A program made the translations under genes and the position numbers. The notes beneath the pieces are model-generated. The model did no database searches. It was not told the DNA's origin and saw nothing but the letters and a program-made list of their open reading frames with translations. A stretch of DNA of 64,000 nt from a virus. Below, in pieces: positions 35,993-45,480 of this stretch. Location: UHGV virus genome UHGV-1366828. One strand, written 5' to 3'. Each line of letters begins with the position of its first letter. Position 1 is the first letter of the stretch.

Positions 35993-36002
35993 TTATTTCT
36001 CC

Positions 36003-36515
36003 TTAGCCTTCATCTGGGTTTGTCATTCTCATTGCCCATTCAATTATAGCATTTACACCAGGGACAATTCTTGACAACTGTTCTGCTGGAATTTCTAGTC
36101 TTGCCAAATCTCTTTTTCCTGTTTTATCTTCTGTGTCCGTCACTAGATATAACATGAACACATCTGTAGAATCAACAGGAACAGCGGCGTATAACATATC
36201 GCTTGAGATTACCGCTGTAAAGTTAGCAACAAATCTTCCTTGATTGTCTACCTTCCAGCTTGCTCCTGTTAACGGAAGTCTATTTATTGTTAAATAGGAC
36301 AGGAAGTCATTGGTACTGCCAGGTACTAGCTTTCTTACGTCAATGTACTTCGGAATGTCACAATCCCCTCGGTAGTTTCCGCTCATTATTCTTGCAAAAG
36401 ACTCAAACAAAGCAGGCAGTCCTTCATTGTGGGACTGGAAGGAGAATACTCGGTCCTTTATTTTTAATTTTACATTAACATTTCCATTGTACCAAGTTTC
36501 AGTTATATTTTTCAC
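36003..36515 (-). CDS. structural protein, hypothetical
   Basis: ORF track. Confidence 0.4.
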   Translation of the reverse strand: MKNITETWYNGNVNVKLKIKDRVFSFQSHNEGLPALFESFARIMSGNYRGDCDIPKYIDVRKLVPGSTNDFLSYLTINRLPLTGASWKVDNQGRFVANFTAVISSDMLYAAVPVDSTDVFMLYLVTDTEDKTGKRDLARLEIPAEQLSRIVPGVNAIIEWAMRMTNPDEG

Positions 36516-37624
36516 TTCGTTCTCCGATCTGGATCTTCCAATCCGTAGGCTTGTAGTATATATCTTGCAAAATTACACTCTTCCCATACACCGTTTAACT
36601 GTAAGTAGTATTTTCCCTCACAGTATACTAGAGAGATTTGTGGGAGACCTAGTTGTGCTTTCAGTTCAATTGTTTTTTTACGAGAAGTCCTTCTTGAACG
36701 AGGAATTGACGGAACAGTTCCCTTGAAATCAATTCTTCCAAATTCTAAGTTTCCATTCTCAGCATCTATTCCAGTTACAATAACAGGCTCTCCCCTGCCC
36801 ATAGCATCGTTTACTATTGCTACGGTATACAACTTTTCTGTAAGAGTATTTATGTAATTTTCTGCGTCTTCCAGTTTGGTGTAGTATCCAACAAATCTTG
36901 GGCTGTTGTAACTTGTTGTAGAAATGACAGGGGCAGTGTTTGCTGCACCCACACGGTATTTAGTTTCCGCATTTGACATCCCTTGAGGAGTTCCCCTTAC
37001 TTCAGCATTCAAGTTATCCGAAACAAAGATTAACTCTGCGGAGTCTACATTATACAATACAATATCGGGAAGTTCGACGTTCTTATCAAATTCTATGTAG
37101 TAATTTATACCGGCAGGCAGAATATAGCGAAAAATTTCTTCTAGTACTGTAATGTCGGGTTTTGTTGAAAATGAGTGTATTTTTACTACTAAGCTGTTGT
37201 TTTCTGGAAATTTTCCATTTGCTAACACACAAGGCATTGCTTCAGAAAAAGGTTTACTGTATGGGGTTTTTAAGTAGTAAACTTCCAAATCAGAAGAAAC
37301 GGAATACATTCTTAAGAACAAGTATAACGTTTCTTTTATTGCTTTTAACGACCCTTTATTCTTTACTAGGATCGGGAAACATTCTAGAACTTTACGGAGT
37401 TTTTCGTCGTCTATTTTCTTTTCAGTAAAGAAGCCTAATTTAGTTTGTAGTAGTTGTAATATACTAGTTCTACACTGTTGCGTATCTATCAATTCTACAA
37501 TTGAATCCGTATCGAATTTCATTCCATTGAATACACAATCATATAAACGAGACAAAAGCTGAAAGTCTCTTGACTCCTCAGTGTAGATCTGAGGAGTCAT
37601 TTCTTGTACATTTATTATACTCAT
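36512..37624 (-). CDS. baseplate-associated protein, hypothetical
   Basis: ORF track; ATGA coupling with the gpJ-like gene. Confidence 0.4.
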   Translation of the reverse strand: MSIINVQEMTPQIYTEESRDFQLLSRLYDCVFNGMKFDTDSIVELIDTQQCRTSILQLLQTKLGFFTEKKIDDEKLRKVLECFPILVKNKGSLKAIKETLYLFLRMYSVSSDLEVYYLKTPYSKPFSEAMPCVLANGKFPENNSLVVKIHSFSTKPDITVLEEIFRYILPAGINYYIEFDKNVELPDIVLYNVDSAELIFVSDNLNAEVRGTPQGMSNAETKYRVGAANTAPVISTTSYNSPRFVGYYTKLEDAENYINTLTEKLYTVAIVNDAMGRGEPVIVTGIDAENGNLEFGRIDFKGTVPSIPRSRRTSRKKTIELKAQLGLPQISLVYCEGKYYLQLNGVWEECNFARYILQAYGLEDPDRRTK

Positions 37625-40600
37625 TATCTCTTACCTGCTATATAGATTGAAGTTTTGTCGGAAGAGTCAAACTGACATATTGTGAACTTGTTATAGATGT
37701 GATTCGTATTTAGGAAGGAAGCAGCTTCGAGAGGATTTGCAATCAACTCATCGTCATCTACTTGATATGTGTAGTTGAATATGTTGTCTACATCAAATCT
37801 TGGAATCAACGTTAACATACGTTCAAAATACTCTTCGCTAATACTGTCAGGATGCGTATACAAGAACGGGTTCTGAAGCGTTATTGTAACTTCTTCTGTT
37901 GACATTGTTCTGGTAACGGTTAACTGATGATTGCTCGTAATAGTATCGTCTGTAACTTCAAATGTTAAGTAATATGTACGTTGTCCCTTCAAATCAGTTT
38001 GTGTTGAGTTAAGAGAAGTTAGATTTTCTCCATCAAACTGTATTGTCAACGAATCATTGTCAGGGAACTTATTTGTATTACTAAACGGAATCAAGTATCT
38101 TCCCTTAGGAAGAATGAACTGAATTGTAGCTGTTTTTCCGGAAGCTCCCGCAACCAATTTAATCTTAACATCGTCTTTTCCATATACAACAGTATCTGTG
38201 GAAAGTTGCTTCTGGTAGACAAGAAGATTCATATAACGTCTATTTCCTTCGCTGTCTACAATATAGGTAGGAAGTTTATCCGAACTACCATCAGAATCAA
38301 TAGACATTGAAGAAATAAGAGCTGTTTGATAATAGTTATTGGACTCTTTATCTGCACCCGTTATTACATAAGAAGAAAAATCAGAAGCATTTGCTGTTTG
38401 GAATTCAATGGTCTGATTTGACAGGAGTACTCGTTCTGTGTCCGGACCAACCTTCAGGTTTAACAACGATTGCGCATTCCAAGAGACAACATTTCCACTA
38501 CTATTCTGAAGCTCCATCTGAGGTAGAAACACCCAAGCGTTATCTTCTGGGCTCTGGTACCCGATTGTAAATCCTTGTAATGTCAACGAAGTTGGGTCAG
38601 TTGTATTCTCTGCGTAGGTGTATGTAACAACTACTGTTGCGCCATTCGGAATAACACCTGTATCAACTGTGCAGGTTTGAGCTCCTTGATTGAAGGTATA
38701 GTTGGTAACTGTTACGGCACCTTCCCCTGTTGTCGTATAAACAACGGACACAATTCCTGTAACACTTGTTTGAGTAAATGTTATTGTATTGCTTGTACCG
38801 TCAACCCAGGAATTAACTGTTTTAGATGTTGTGTGTGGAGTTACATTTGATCCTGACTTTACACCGCCTCGATTGAATACTCTAGACCAAGATGCAAGAT
38901 TGTCATTCACAAGCCTGAATTTTGTTCCTGCATTCAATGTGTATATCTTATTCTCTGTTAACTCTACATATCCATTTGTTGGAATTTCTTTCCAGTAGTT
39001 AGCAAGAGCAGATGCGCCAGAGTTTAAGATAACAGAAGAATCTAGAACTTTAACTCTCCACATATTTATTTCTGTGTTAGGCTCTACAACGTGAACTCTT
39101 GTTCCGGAACCCAGAATTGACATCTCGCTCAGGTCAGCATTTGAATATATGAAATACTCTCCTGCATCTAATAACCTGTCGTGTGTTGTATCATTTCCGT
39201 GGTTTACGGGAAATTCATAATACTGTAAATCTTCAGTTGTTTCGTTTAGTATCCAGTAACAATAACAACCATCAGAAGAGTTGATAGTAACTTCATTTAT
39301 TTTCTTGATGACAAGAGTTTTTGTGCCTGACAAGATATTTGCAGCAGAATTCAAGTTTAGACCAACTGCACTTGAAAGATCTGCTAGGTATCCCATATTG
39401 TCCGTACTGGTGTAATTATTCGGGCTCAAGTCTGTTTCTGACTGTAAGAAAGCTCCTCCAACAGACGTATTACTAGAGGTCAGTTCAAATGTAGGACAGA
39501 CGATATGACCTTTACCATAACTAGCAAATCTGTAGTAAGCATCTTTGTTGTCGCTATCTTTCCAGTACAGGAACAAATACTCATTTGGGAGTAACTGATA
39601 GTTTGTATTAGCGTTTATTACTTTACTAGAAGCATTGGGTGTATAGAACTCAAACTTAACATAGTTTGAATAACTTGTTGCATCTATCAGGTTTGGTGAG
39701 TAGAACTGAATGCTTTCATTGTCTCTGAGTGTATACTCATTTGAAGTGTTACTCACAGCTATGTCAACATTAGTTCTTACATATTTAACATCGTTTACTT
39801 CATATTTATCTTGTGCTTCATTGTTTGGACGGTTGCTGTTGTAAGTCTGGTCAAAACGATGTGTGTATTTATTTCCGGAAATGATTAACGGAGTTTTTCC
39901 GGCAAGTATAGACTTAGCATATATCTCATCTTCAAACTGTGTCTTATAAGAGATACGTGCCGTAATTTTGTCACCAGTTACAATATTTGACCCTTCAGTC
40001 GACCAATAAGTAATAACAACAGGAACTCCAGTAGATGACGGAGACGGTAAAGTAACAACTTTATTACTAAAGGTTGATCCCGATAACTCAACTCTACTAC
40101 GGGTAACACTCTCTATACGATTTACTGCGTAAGCTACAGTGAACTGTGTTTGATTTGCTGTTGCAATAAATGTCTCTTCATACTTGAAGTAGATACCATA
40201 ATCTGTTAAATTAACATTTGTTGTGTTTAGTTTCCAGTTTGGACTACTATAAACAAACGTAATAGGCTCGTAGTTTGTCTCGCCTGCTTTCCGCATAAAC
40301 ACTTGAGGGTCGGCAATAGGAACAGACTCGTTCGTAAACTGATATGATATGTCAACTTTATCTTCTGGGGTGTTGATTGCTACTTCAACAAATGGGTAGC
40401 CTGTGTCAACTAGATTTTTATCGTAATACACAGCATATGTAGTAAACTCTATATTTGCCATGTTTACATCTTTTATTCTTGCATCAGAAGCTTGAATAAT
40501 TTCTTTTACTTTTTCCAGTGTTACTTCTGACCCAAAATCAAGTTCTTTTGAACTCAACTTATTATACAGGGCGGATTTTATAGTTCCCATCATGTCAGAA

Positions 40601-42198
40601 GCTTCAACGGAACTTAATGGGTACTGTGTTGTAATACGACAATCAATCGGAAACTTATTCTTGAAAAAGCAGAAGTGAGACGATACGCTACTAGGTGACT
40701 CAAGATTTTTGAAATCATGTTGTAAAGACTTGACATCTTGCAAATAATCTTTAACAGTATCCTGTTGATTGTTACTTAACATATTAAATGTTAAACTGTG
40801 TGCAGCAGCTGTTGTAACTGCTGGCATATACTGTAAAAGATATAACTTTAATGAAAAGGCATCAAAGTTTGGTGTTGAAGAAACTTCGTCAAATGCTCCT
40901 TTAACAAGATTGTATACTTTACCAGAATCGAGGTCGTAGCAATAAGATGTTCCTATCTGCTCCGCTGTATACGCATTGTAGTATATTGTTCCTACTTTTC
41001 CTGCATAAAATGTTGTTCCTGACAGATACCCAGGAATAGCATCTTTTTCAATAACATGTACAGAGGATAGAATACTATCTTTAAGTGTAACTATGTTGTA
41101 AGTATTCTGTAAATCGTTTGTTCTGTCGCAAACAAAACCATTAGAAACAAGTTCAGAATTGAGTAAATAATTCAGGTAGTCTCTTAATGTTACAAGGGTA
41201 TCAAATGTTCCTATAGTTCTCTTGTAATGTTTGTATCCATCTTCAATAGTTTCCGGGTCTTTCCCGTCAACTGCACTGTAGATATTCATTACCTTTACTC
41301 TGTCTGCGTTGATGGTTACAGAGGTGTCTTCAACAGGGGCAAATGAATAATAGAAGTCAGTAAGTACATTTGCCGCAACATTTCCCGCAAGACCATCTGT
41401 TCTAAGATATGTTATGTTGATGCCGTTTTTAAATAGTAGCTCAGCATCTTCGGGGAATTCCAGATAGCAATATGCACCGTCTGACGTTGTTCCGAAACGA
41501 TAGATTGTCTGTCCCGGTTCTTCTACTAACAGATTGTCCTTCTTTACCCACTCATTGTAATTGGTGTTGTCAGAGTTTGTTATGAAGATTCCGTTTTCTG
41601 CTATCATGTTGGTATCAAAATACAACCTATTCTTCGTATCCAAATGAGAAACATTGATGTTTGTTTCACCATTTATTGAATAAGTTGTAGCAACACCTTC
41701 CATAACAACTGCAGAAGAAATTGTTCCGTCAGTTAAAAGATGAACATCACTAACGCTTCGGTCGATTTCTTGCGTGCCGGACGTTCCGATAATGGAATAA
41801 ATGATTTCACGTTCACTGTCTGTCACCATAGTAAACTTAGGAATTGTATAAGACGGTACTTCTGTTGTATCCCCTATATACTTCATAGATATAATGGTAG
41901 AAGCGGAACGGTACCATTTCATGAAATAGCCTAACTGTGCAAATAGTTGTCGAGCGTTGGACAACTGCGAAACAGTTTCTGGAAAACATTCAAGAATGTT
42001 ATTGTCGATGTTATAGTTTATCTTGTCCGCTATTAAAGCATTCAGTTTAAGCAGAATAACCCCAGGGTCAGATTCATTTGACACCGAGGGGTCCCACTTA
42101 TATGTTAATTTCTTAACTAGGTCTAGTAACTCTACGTATACACTTTCAAAATCTTTGTTTGTATAACTAAGAGGTCCTAATGGATTTTGTATACTCAT
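37624..42198 (-). CDS. baseplate J-like (gp6/gpJ family) N-terminal domain fused to a ~1200-aa fibre-like extension
   Basis: N-terminus ...YTNKDFESVYVELLDLVKKLTYKWDPSVSNESDPGVILLKLNALIADKINYNIDNNILECF matches the baseplate-J signature. Confidence 0.5.
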   Translation of the reverse strand: MSIQNPLGPLSYTNKDFESVYVELLDLVKKLTYKWDPSVSNESDPGVILLKLNALIADKINYNIDNNILECFPETVSQLSNARQLFAQLGYFMKWYRSASTIISMKYIGDTTEVPSYTIPKFTMVTDSEREIIYSIIGTSGTQEIDRSVSDVHLLTDGTISSAVVMEGVATTYSINGETNINVSHLDTKNRLYFDTNMIAENGIFITNSDNTNYNEWVKKDNLLVEEPGQTIYRFGTTSDGAYCYLEFPEDAELLFKNGINITYLRTDGLAGNVAANVLTDFYYSFAPVEDTSVTINADRVKVMNIYSAVDGKDPETIEDGYKHYKRTIGTFDTLVTLRDYLNYLLNSELVSNGFVCDRTNDLQNTYNIVTLKDSILSSVHVIEKDAIPGYLSGTTFYAGKVGTIYYNAYTAEQIGTSYCYDLDSGKVYNLVKGAFDEVSSTPNFDAFSLKLYLLQYMPAVTTAAAHSLTFNMLSNNQQDTVKDYLQDVKSLQHDFKNLESPSSVSSHFCFFKNKFPIDCRITTQYPLSSVEASDMMGTIKSALYNKLSSKELDFGSEVTLEKVKEIIQASDARIKDVNMANIEFTTYAVYYDKNLVDTGYPFVEVAINTPEDKVDISYQFTNESVPIADPQVFMRKAGETNYEPITFVYSSPNWKLNTTNVNLTDYGIYFKYEETFIATANQTQFTVAYAVNRIESVTRSRVELSGSTFSNKVVTLPSPSSTGVPVVITYWSTEGSNIVTGDKITARISYKTQFEDEIYAKSILAGKTPLIISGNKYTHRFDQTYNSNRPNNEAQDKYEVNDVKYVRTNVDIAVSNTSNEYTLRDNESIQFYSPNLIDATSYSNYVKFEFYTPNASSKVINANTNYQLLPNEYLFLYWKDSDNKDAYYRFASYGKGHIVCPTFELTSSNTSVGGAFLQSETDLSPNNYTSTDNMGYLADLSSAVGLNLNSAANILSGTKTLVIKKINEVTINSSDGCYCYWILNETTEDLQYYEFPVNHGNDTTHDRLLDAGEYFIYSNADLSEMSILGSGTRVHVVEPNTEINMWRVKVLDSSVILNSGASALANYWKEIPTNGYVELTENKIYTLNAGTKFRLVNDNLASWSRVFNRGGVKSGSNVTPHTTSKTVNSWVDGTSNTITFTQTSVTGIVSVVYTTTGEGAVTVTNYTFNQGAQTCTVDTGVIPNGATVVVTYTYAENTTDPTSLTLQGFTIGYQSPEDNAWVFLPQMELQNSSGNVVSWNAQSLLNLKVGPDTERVLLSNQTIEFQTANASDFSSYVITGADKESNNYYQTALISSMSIDSDGSSDKLPTYIVDSEGNRRYMNLLVYQKQLSTDTVVYGKDDVKIKLVAGASGKTATIQFILPKGRYLIPFSNTNKFPDNDSLTIQFDGENLTSLNSTQTDLKGQRTYYLTFEVTDDTITSNHQLTVTRTMSTEEVTITLQNPFLYTHPDSISEEYFERMLTLIPRFDVDNIFNYTYQVDDDELIANPLEAASFLNTNHIYNKFTICQFDSSDKTSIYIAGKR

Positions 42199-42220
42199 CT
42201 ACATTCTCCAATTCTACTGC

Positions 42221-42598
42221 TTAGATTTCTTCTGTGTCTGTCAGTTGTATTCTATATAAATCTAAAGTATAATCAGTTGCACTAACAGCTTTTATTTCAG
42301 CATACAACTTATCATCTTCAGCAATAATCGAAATGTCTTTTCTTTCAACAAGCATCTGCGGCATATAAGTCTTAATTGCCGTGTATATTTCGTCAATAAC
42401 TAAGTCCCTCAATACAAAATCATTTTGAGAATATATTGTTTGCATAAGTCTTGTTCCGTATCCGGGGTCTCCGAATAAAGAAGTGGCTTCTGTCGCAAGC
42501 AAGAGCTTGAGATTTGTTAATGTAGCCTGTTTGTCTTTATATAAGTTAACGCTTTCACTAGAAAACATATTAGGAAAAGCTAAAGAATATAACGCCAT
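42221..42598 (-). CDS. gp25/GPW-like baseplate wedge protein
   Basis: ATSLFGDPGYGTRLMQTIYSQNDFVLRDLV matches the gp25-like lysozyme-fold pattern. Confidence 0.55.
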   Translation of the reverse strand: MALYSLAFPNMFSSESVNLYKDKQATLTNLKLLLATEATSLFGDPGYGTRLMQTIYSQNDFVLRDLVIDEIYTAIKTYMPQMLVERKDISIIAEDDKLYAEIKAVSATDYTLDLYRIQLTDTEEI

Positions 42599-42645
42599 AA
42601 ATACACTCCTAATATACTATTGTTGTTTATTGATACAATATTTTG

Positions 42646-43230
42646 CTATCCACATCGTTTCCAGGTTCCATTTACATTCAACCAGATAGTTACTCTTTTC
42701 CATGTTCCATTAACATTAAGCCAAGGCTGTACTCGTTTCCATGTTCCACTCACATTCAACCAAGTTCCCCCAAGTAGTGTATAATCACACGTAACCGTAA
42801 CATATGTGATTTCATTAACACCATAATACACATTCCCATTAGTGTTTAATTCAACACGCATATAATGAGCCTGTCCCGATGTTAACCCTTGTGTGGGGGA
42901 CCATTGTATGTAACCAGTTTGTCCTTGAGAAAAGGAAGTCTCGTTGGACAAAACATATGCGGTTCTATCCCAGAACCTTAACGGGTTCGTATTGTAATTA
43001 TTAGTATATTTGTTAGAAACTCCACAGGTTATAGTAACACTGTTTATACGAGCATTGCTGGGCAGGACAAAGTAGAAGTCGTAATAATAGATGTACCCAT
43101 TACCCAACACATCGTTCCAAGGAGATCCCGAATGACCCACCGCCGGATGACTATTTTCAGAGTAATTAGCATTGGCAGCCGCCATTGTAACTACAACCTC
43201 GTCTGTAACTGTCAGATTAACTGTCGGCAT
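42646..43230 (-). CDS. tail fibre-associated protein with a C-terminal triple 14-aa repeat
   Basis: WLNVSGTWKRVQP / WLNVNGTWKRVTI / WLNVNGTWKRCG. Confidence 0.45.
   Translation of the reverse strand: MPTVNLTVTDEVVVTMAAANANYSENSHPAVGHSGSPWNDVLGNGYIYYYDFYFVLPSNARINSVTITCGVSNKYTNNYNTNPLRFWDRTAYVLSNETSFSQGQTGYIQWSPTQGLTSGQAHYMRVELNTNGNVYYGVNEITYVTVTCDYTLLGGTWLNVSGTWKRVQPWLNVNGTWKRVTIWLNVNGTWKRCG
42649..42780. repeat. three tandem 42-bp repeats inside 42646..43230
   Basis: ccatgttccattaacattaagcca... repeated three times on the plus strand. Confidence 0.6.
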
Positions 43231-43242
43231 TAGTTTTCCTCC

Positions 43243-45459
43243 TTAAGAATACTGAAAATACAATTTTCCGCTCCACCAACCAGAAGGCTCTGCGGTACCA
43301 CAACTATTAGACAAATAATTGTTGTCTAAGAAGAATCCACCCTCCCCCGCATAGAAATACTTCGCGAACATTGACCCGTCAGTTCCCATACGAATTGAAG
43401 TTTCTGCTTTGTTATTTCCCGCATTATAGTTTTCATCTGAAACAAAACTGAAGTAGTAATCGTTTCCTAGTGACCCGACCTCCCAAGTTCCTATGTTACA
43501 TTTTGAAGAAGTAACGGGCCAGAATGCCTGTTTAGATGCATCAAAGTCAGCATTTCTTACTAATGCCTGGTCACGTGCACCTCCCCAGCTTGAAGCTCCG
43601 CCTTTTGGTCTAACAACCCCGTTTCCATTTTCTGATTCAAGTTGTAGCCGTTGTCCATATACCCAAGACCCTGCTCTAACATCTCTTCTTGCATACACGT
43701 CTCCTAATCTGCAATCAACTCCTGCAGCAACTCCAGAATCTCCGTTACCATCAACAAATCCTATACCGTACCAAGATTTAATAGCGATGTTGCAAAATCC
43801 GTCTGCCCCCATTTTGATGCCGTCTCCGTTTCCTTTATATATACCATTGCCAGATCCCCAAGCATCTCCTGAAGCCAGAAGAAGAGCACCGTCAGCATTG
43901 TACTGTGCAAATCCTAAGTTTGTGGGTGAGTTTACACCTACTCTTCCGAAGACAGTTAACTCTTTGTCAGTTGACGAAAGTCCGAAGAATGCAGCTCCAA
44001 GGCCATTGGACTTTAAATTAAGAGTTGCAGCAACACTTGTATTTGTTAAAGTACGTGTTTGAGTAGAAGTTTGCCCAAAAGAGTCAATAGCCAGTACTTC
44101 AATCAGATACGAGGCTGTTGTTGCAATGTTTCCTCCCCCAACAGGATCTGATTTCACATTGTTCTGTATGTCGGTATAATCGCTGTACGAACCTCCAAAC
44201 ACTTGCCAACGAGTCCTTATCAACAGCCAGTTATTTCCATCGTATGAAGTATGTGAAACTGACGGTGTTACTGCATAGTAAGTTCCCGAAGAAGATTCGT
44301 TACCAGAGGAGTCACATCGTATTACAGACAGGCTGTTAAATGATGGAGGGTAGTACGCTTTACCGACAATCGTTTTAGTATAAGTTGTGCCCAACCCTCG
44401 AGAGTCATATGCTGTTATAGTTACAATATTGTTACCAGTAATTGCTTTTCCCAGATTAAACGTTCCTGATTCAGTTATGCTGGTATTGAATGAATTACAG
44501 CTTATTCTAACTTCTCTTAATGTGGAGCCATAGTTACAGGTTATTTTACTTGTATCTAGTGTAGCCTTTACCTCACTAAAGCCCGCCACACAGTTTCCTG
44601 CTTTAACTTCATAAGTAGCAGAAGCCCATCCGGCGGCACATGTAGGAGGTCGGTTGTTAGTCGGGATGCTCAACGTGAACTCCGCAGAAGTTTCTCCTAC
44701 TTTAGCACCGCCACTGTTATAAGAATATACATAGATTCTGAACGACCCTGAAGTAGCATTCGGTATGTTGCTTGCAAGAGAATCTGAGGGGGCAGTATAC
44801 CACATAGACCCGCCCGTAACTTTTTCGCCGATTAACTGCATTCCGCTATGATGTACAAAGGAGTACCAAACATCATACTTGTAATCTGATCTGGACGGAT
44901 TCCATACGATCTGAAACTGCTGGTCCATATACAGCGTTGTAGAAACACTGATGGAGGTTGCAGGGGTTTCCGGCCTTATTTCACTCAGTGAACAAGATAT
45001 GTTTGTTACACCCTTCATAAACGGGTTAAGAGAATTTGTCCCGTTCGTTGTTAAAAACATATAATATGTTCCAGAGGACGTTATATTGCAGGGAACATTT
45101 ACTACAATATTTGCCGTCCCTTCCCAACCGTTAATCCAGGCCACGGATCTTCCGATAACCGCAGTGCTAGGAGCTTCAGTACTAAACGCCGATACAGGGT
45201 CGTAGTCATAAATCAACGCATAAACCGTTACGTTTTCATAGCTATCATTGGAGGCAATATTTCCAATGTTGAAATTCAACCCGGTAACTTGATACCCTGC
45301 AGTTACTGAAATCGGCATCGTATAAACAACACCCTGGTCCCAGAAGCTAGCGTTGTCGTATCCCATCACTATAGGATTTGTTGTTGAATCTACCCATGTT
45401 AATCCTACATTGGGCAGACCTTGTCTGGCTTTATAAAATGATAATGAAACAGTACTCAT
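43243..45459 (-). CDS. tail fibre/receptor-binding protein
   Basis: 738 aa, Ser/Thr/Gly/Asn-rich beta-type composition, position. Confidence 0.45.
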   Translation of the reverse strand: MSTVSLSFYKARQGLPNVGLTWVDSTTNPIVMGYDNASFWDQGVVYTMPISVTAGYQVTGLNFNIGNIASNDSYENVTVYALIYDYDPVSAFSTEAPSTAVIGRSVAWINGWEGTANIVVNVPCNITSSGTYYMFLTTNGTNSLNPFMKGVTNISCSLSEIRPETPATSISVSTTLYMDQQFQIVWNPSRSDYKYDVWYSFVHHSGMQLIGEKVTGGSMWYTAPSDSLASNIPNATSGSFRIYVYSYNSGGAKVGETSAEFTLSIPTNNRPPTCAAGWASATYEVKAGNCVAGFSEVKATLDTSKITCNYGSTLREVRISCNSFNTSITESGTFNLGKAITGNNIVTITAYDSRGLGTTYTKTIVGKAYYPPSFNSLSVIRCDSSGNESSSGTYYAVTPSVSHTSYDGNNWLLIRTRWQVFGGSYSDYTDIQNNVKSDPVGGGNIATTASYLIEVLAIDSFGQTSTQTRTLTNTSVAATLNLKSNGLGAAFFGLSSTDKELTVFGRVGVNSPTNLGFAQYNADGALLLASGDAWGSGNGIYKGNGDGIKMGADGFCNIAIKSWYGIGFVDGNGDSGVAAGVDCRLGDVYARRDVRAGSWVYGQRLQLESENGNGVVRPKGGASSWGGARDQALVRNADFDASKQAFWPVTSSKCNIGTWEVGSLGNDYYFSFVSDENYNAGNNKAETSIRMGTDGSMFAKYFYAGEGGFFLDNNYLSNSCGTAEPSGWWSGKLYFQYS

Positions 45460-45480
45460 ATTTTATCCCTCGTTTGTAGT

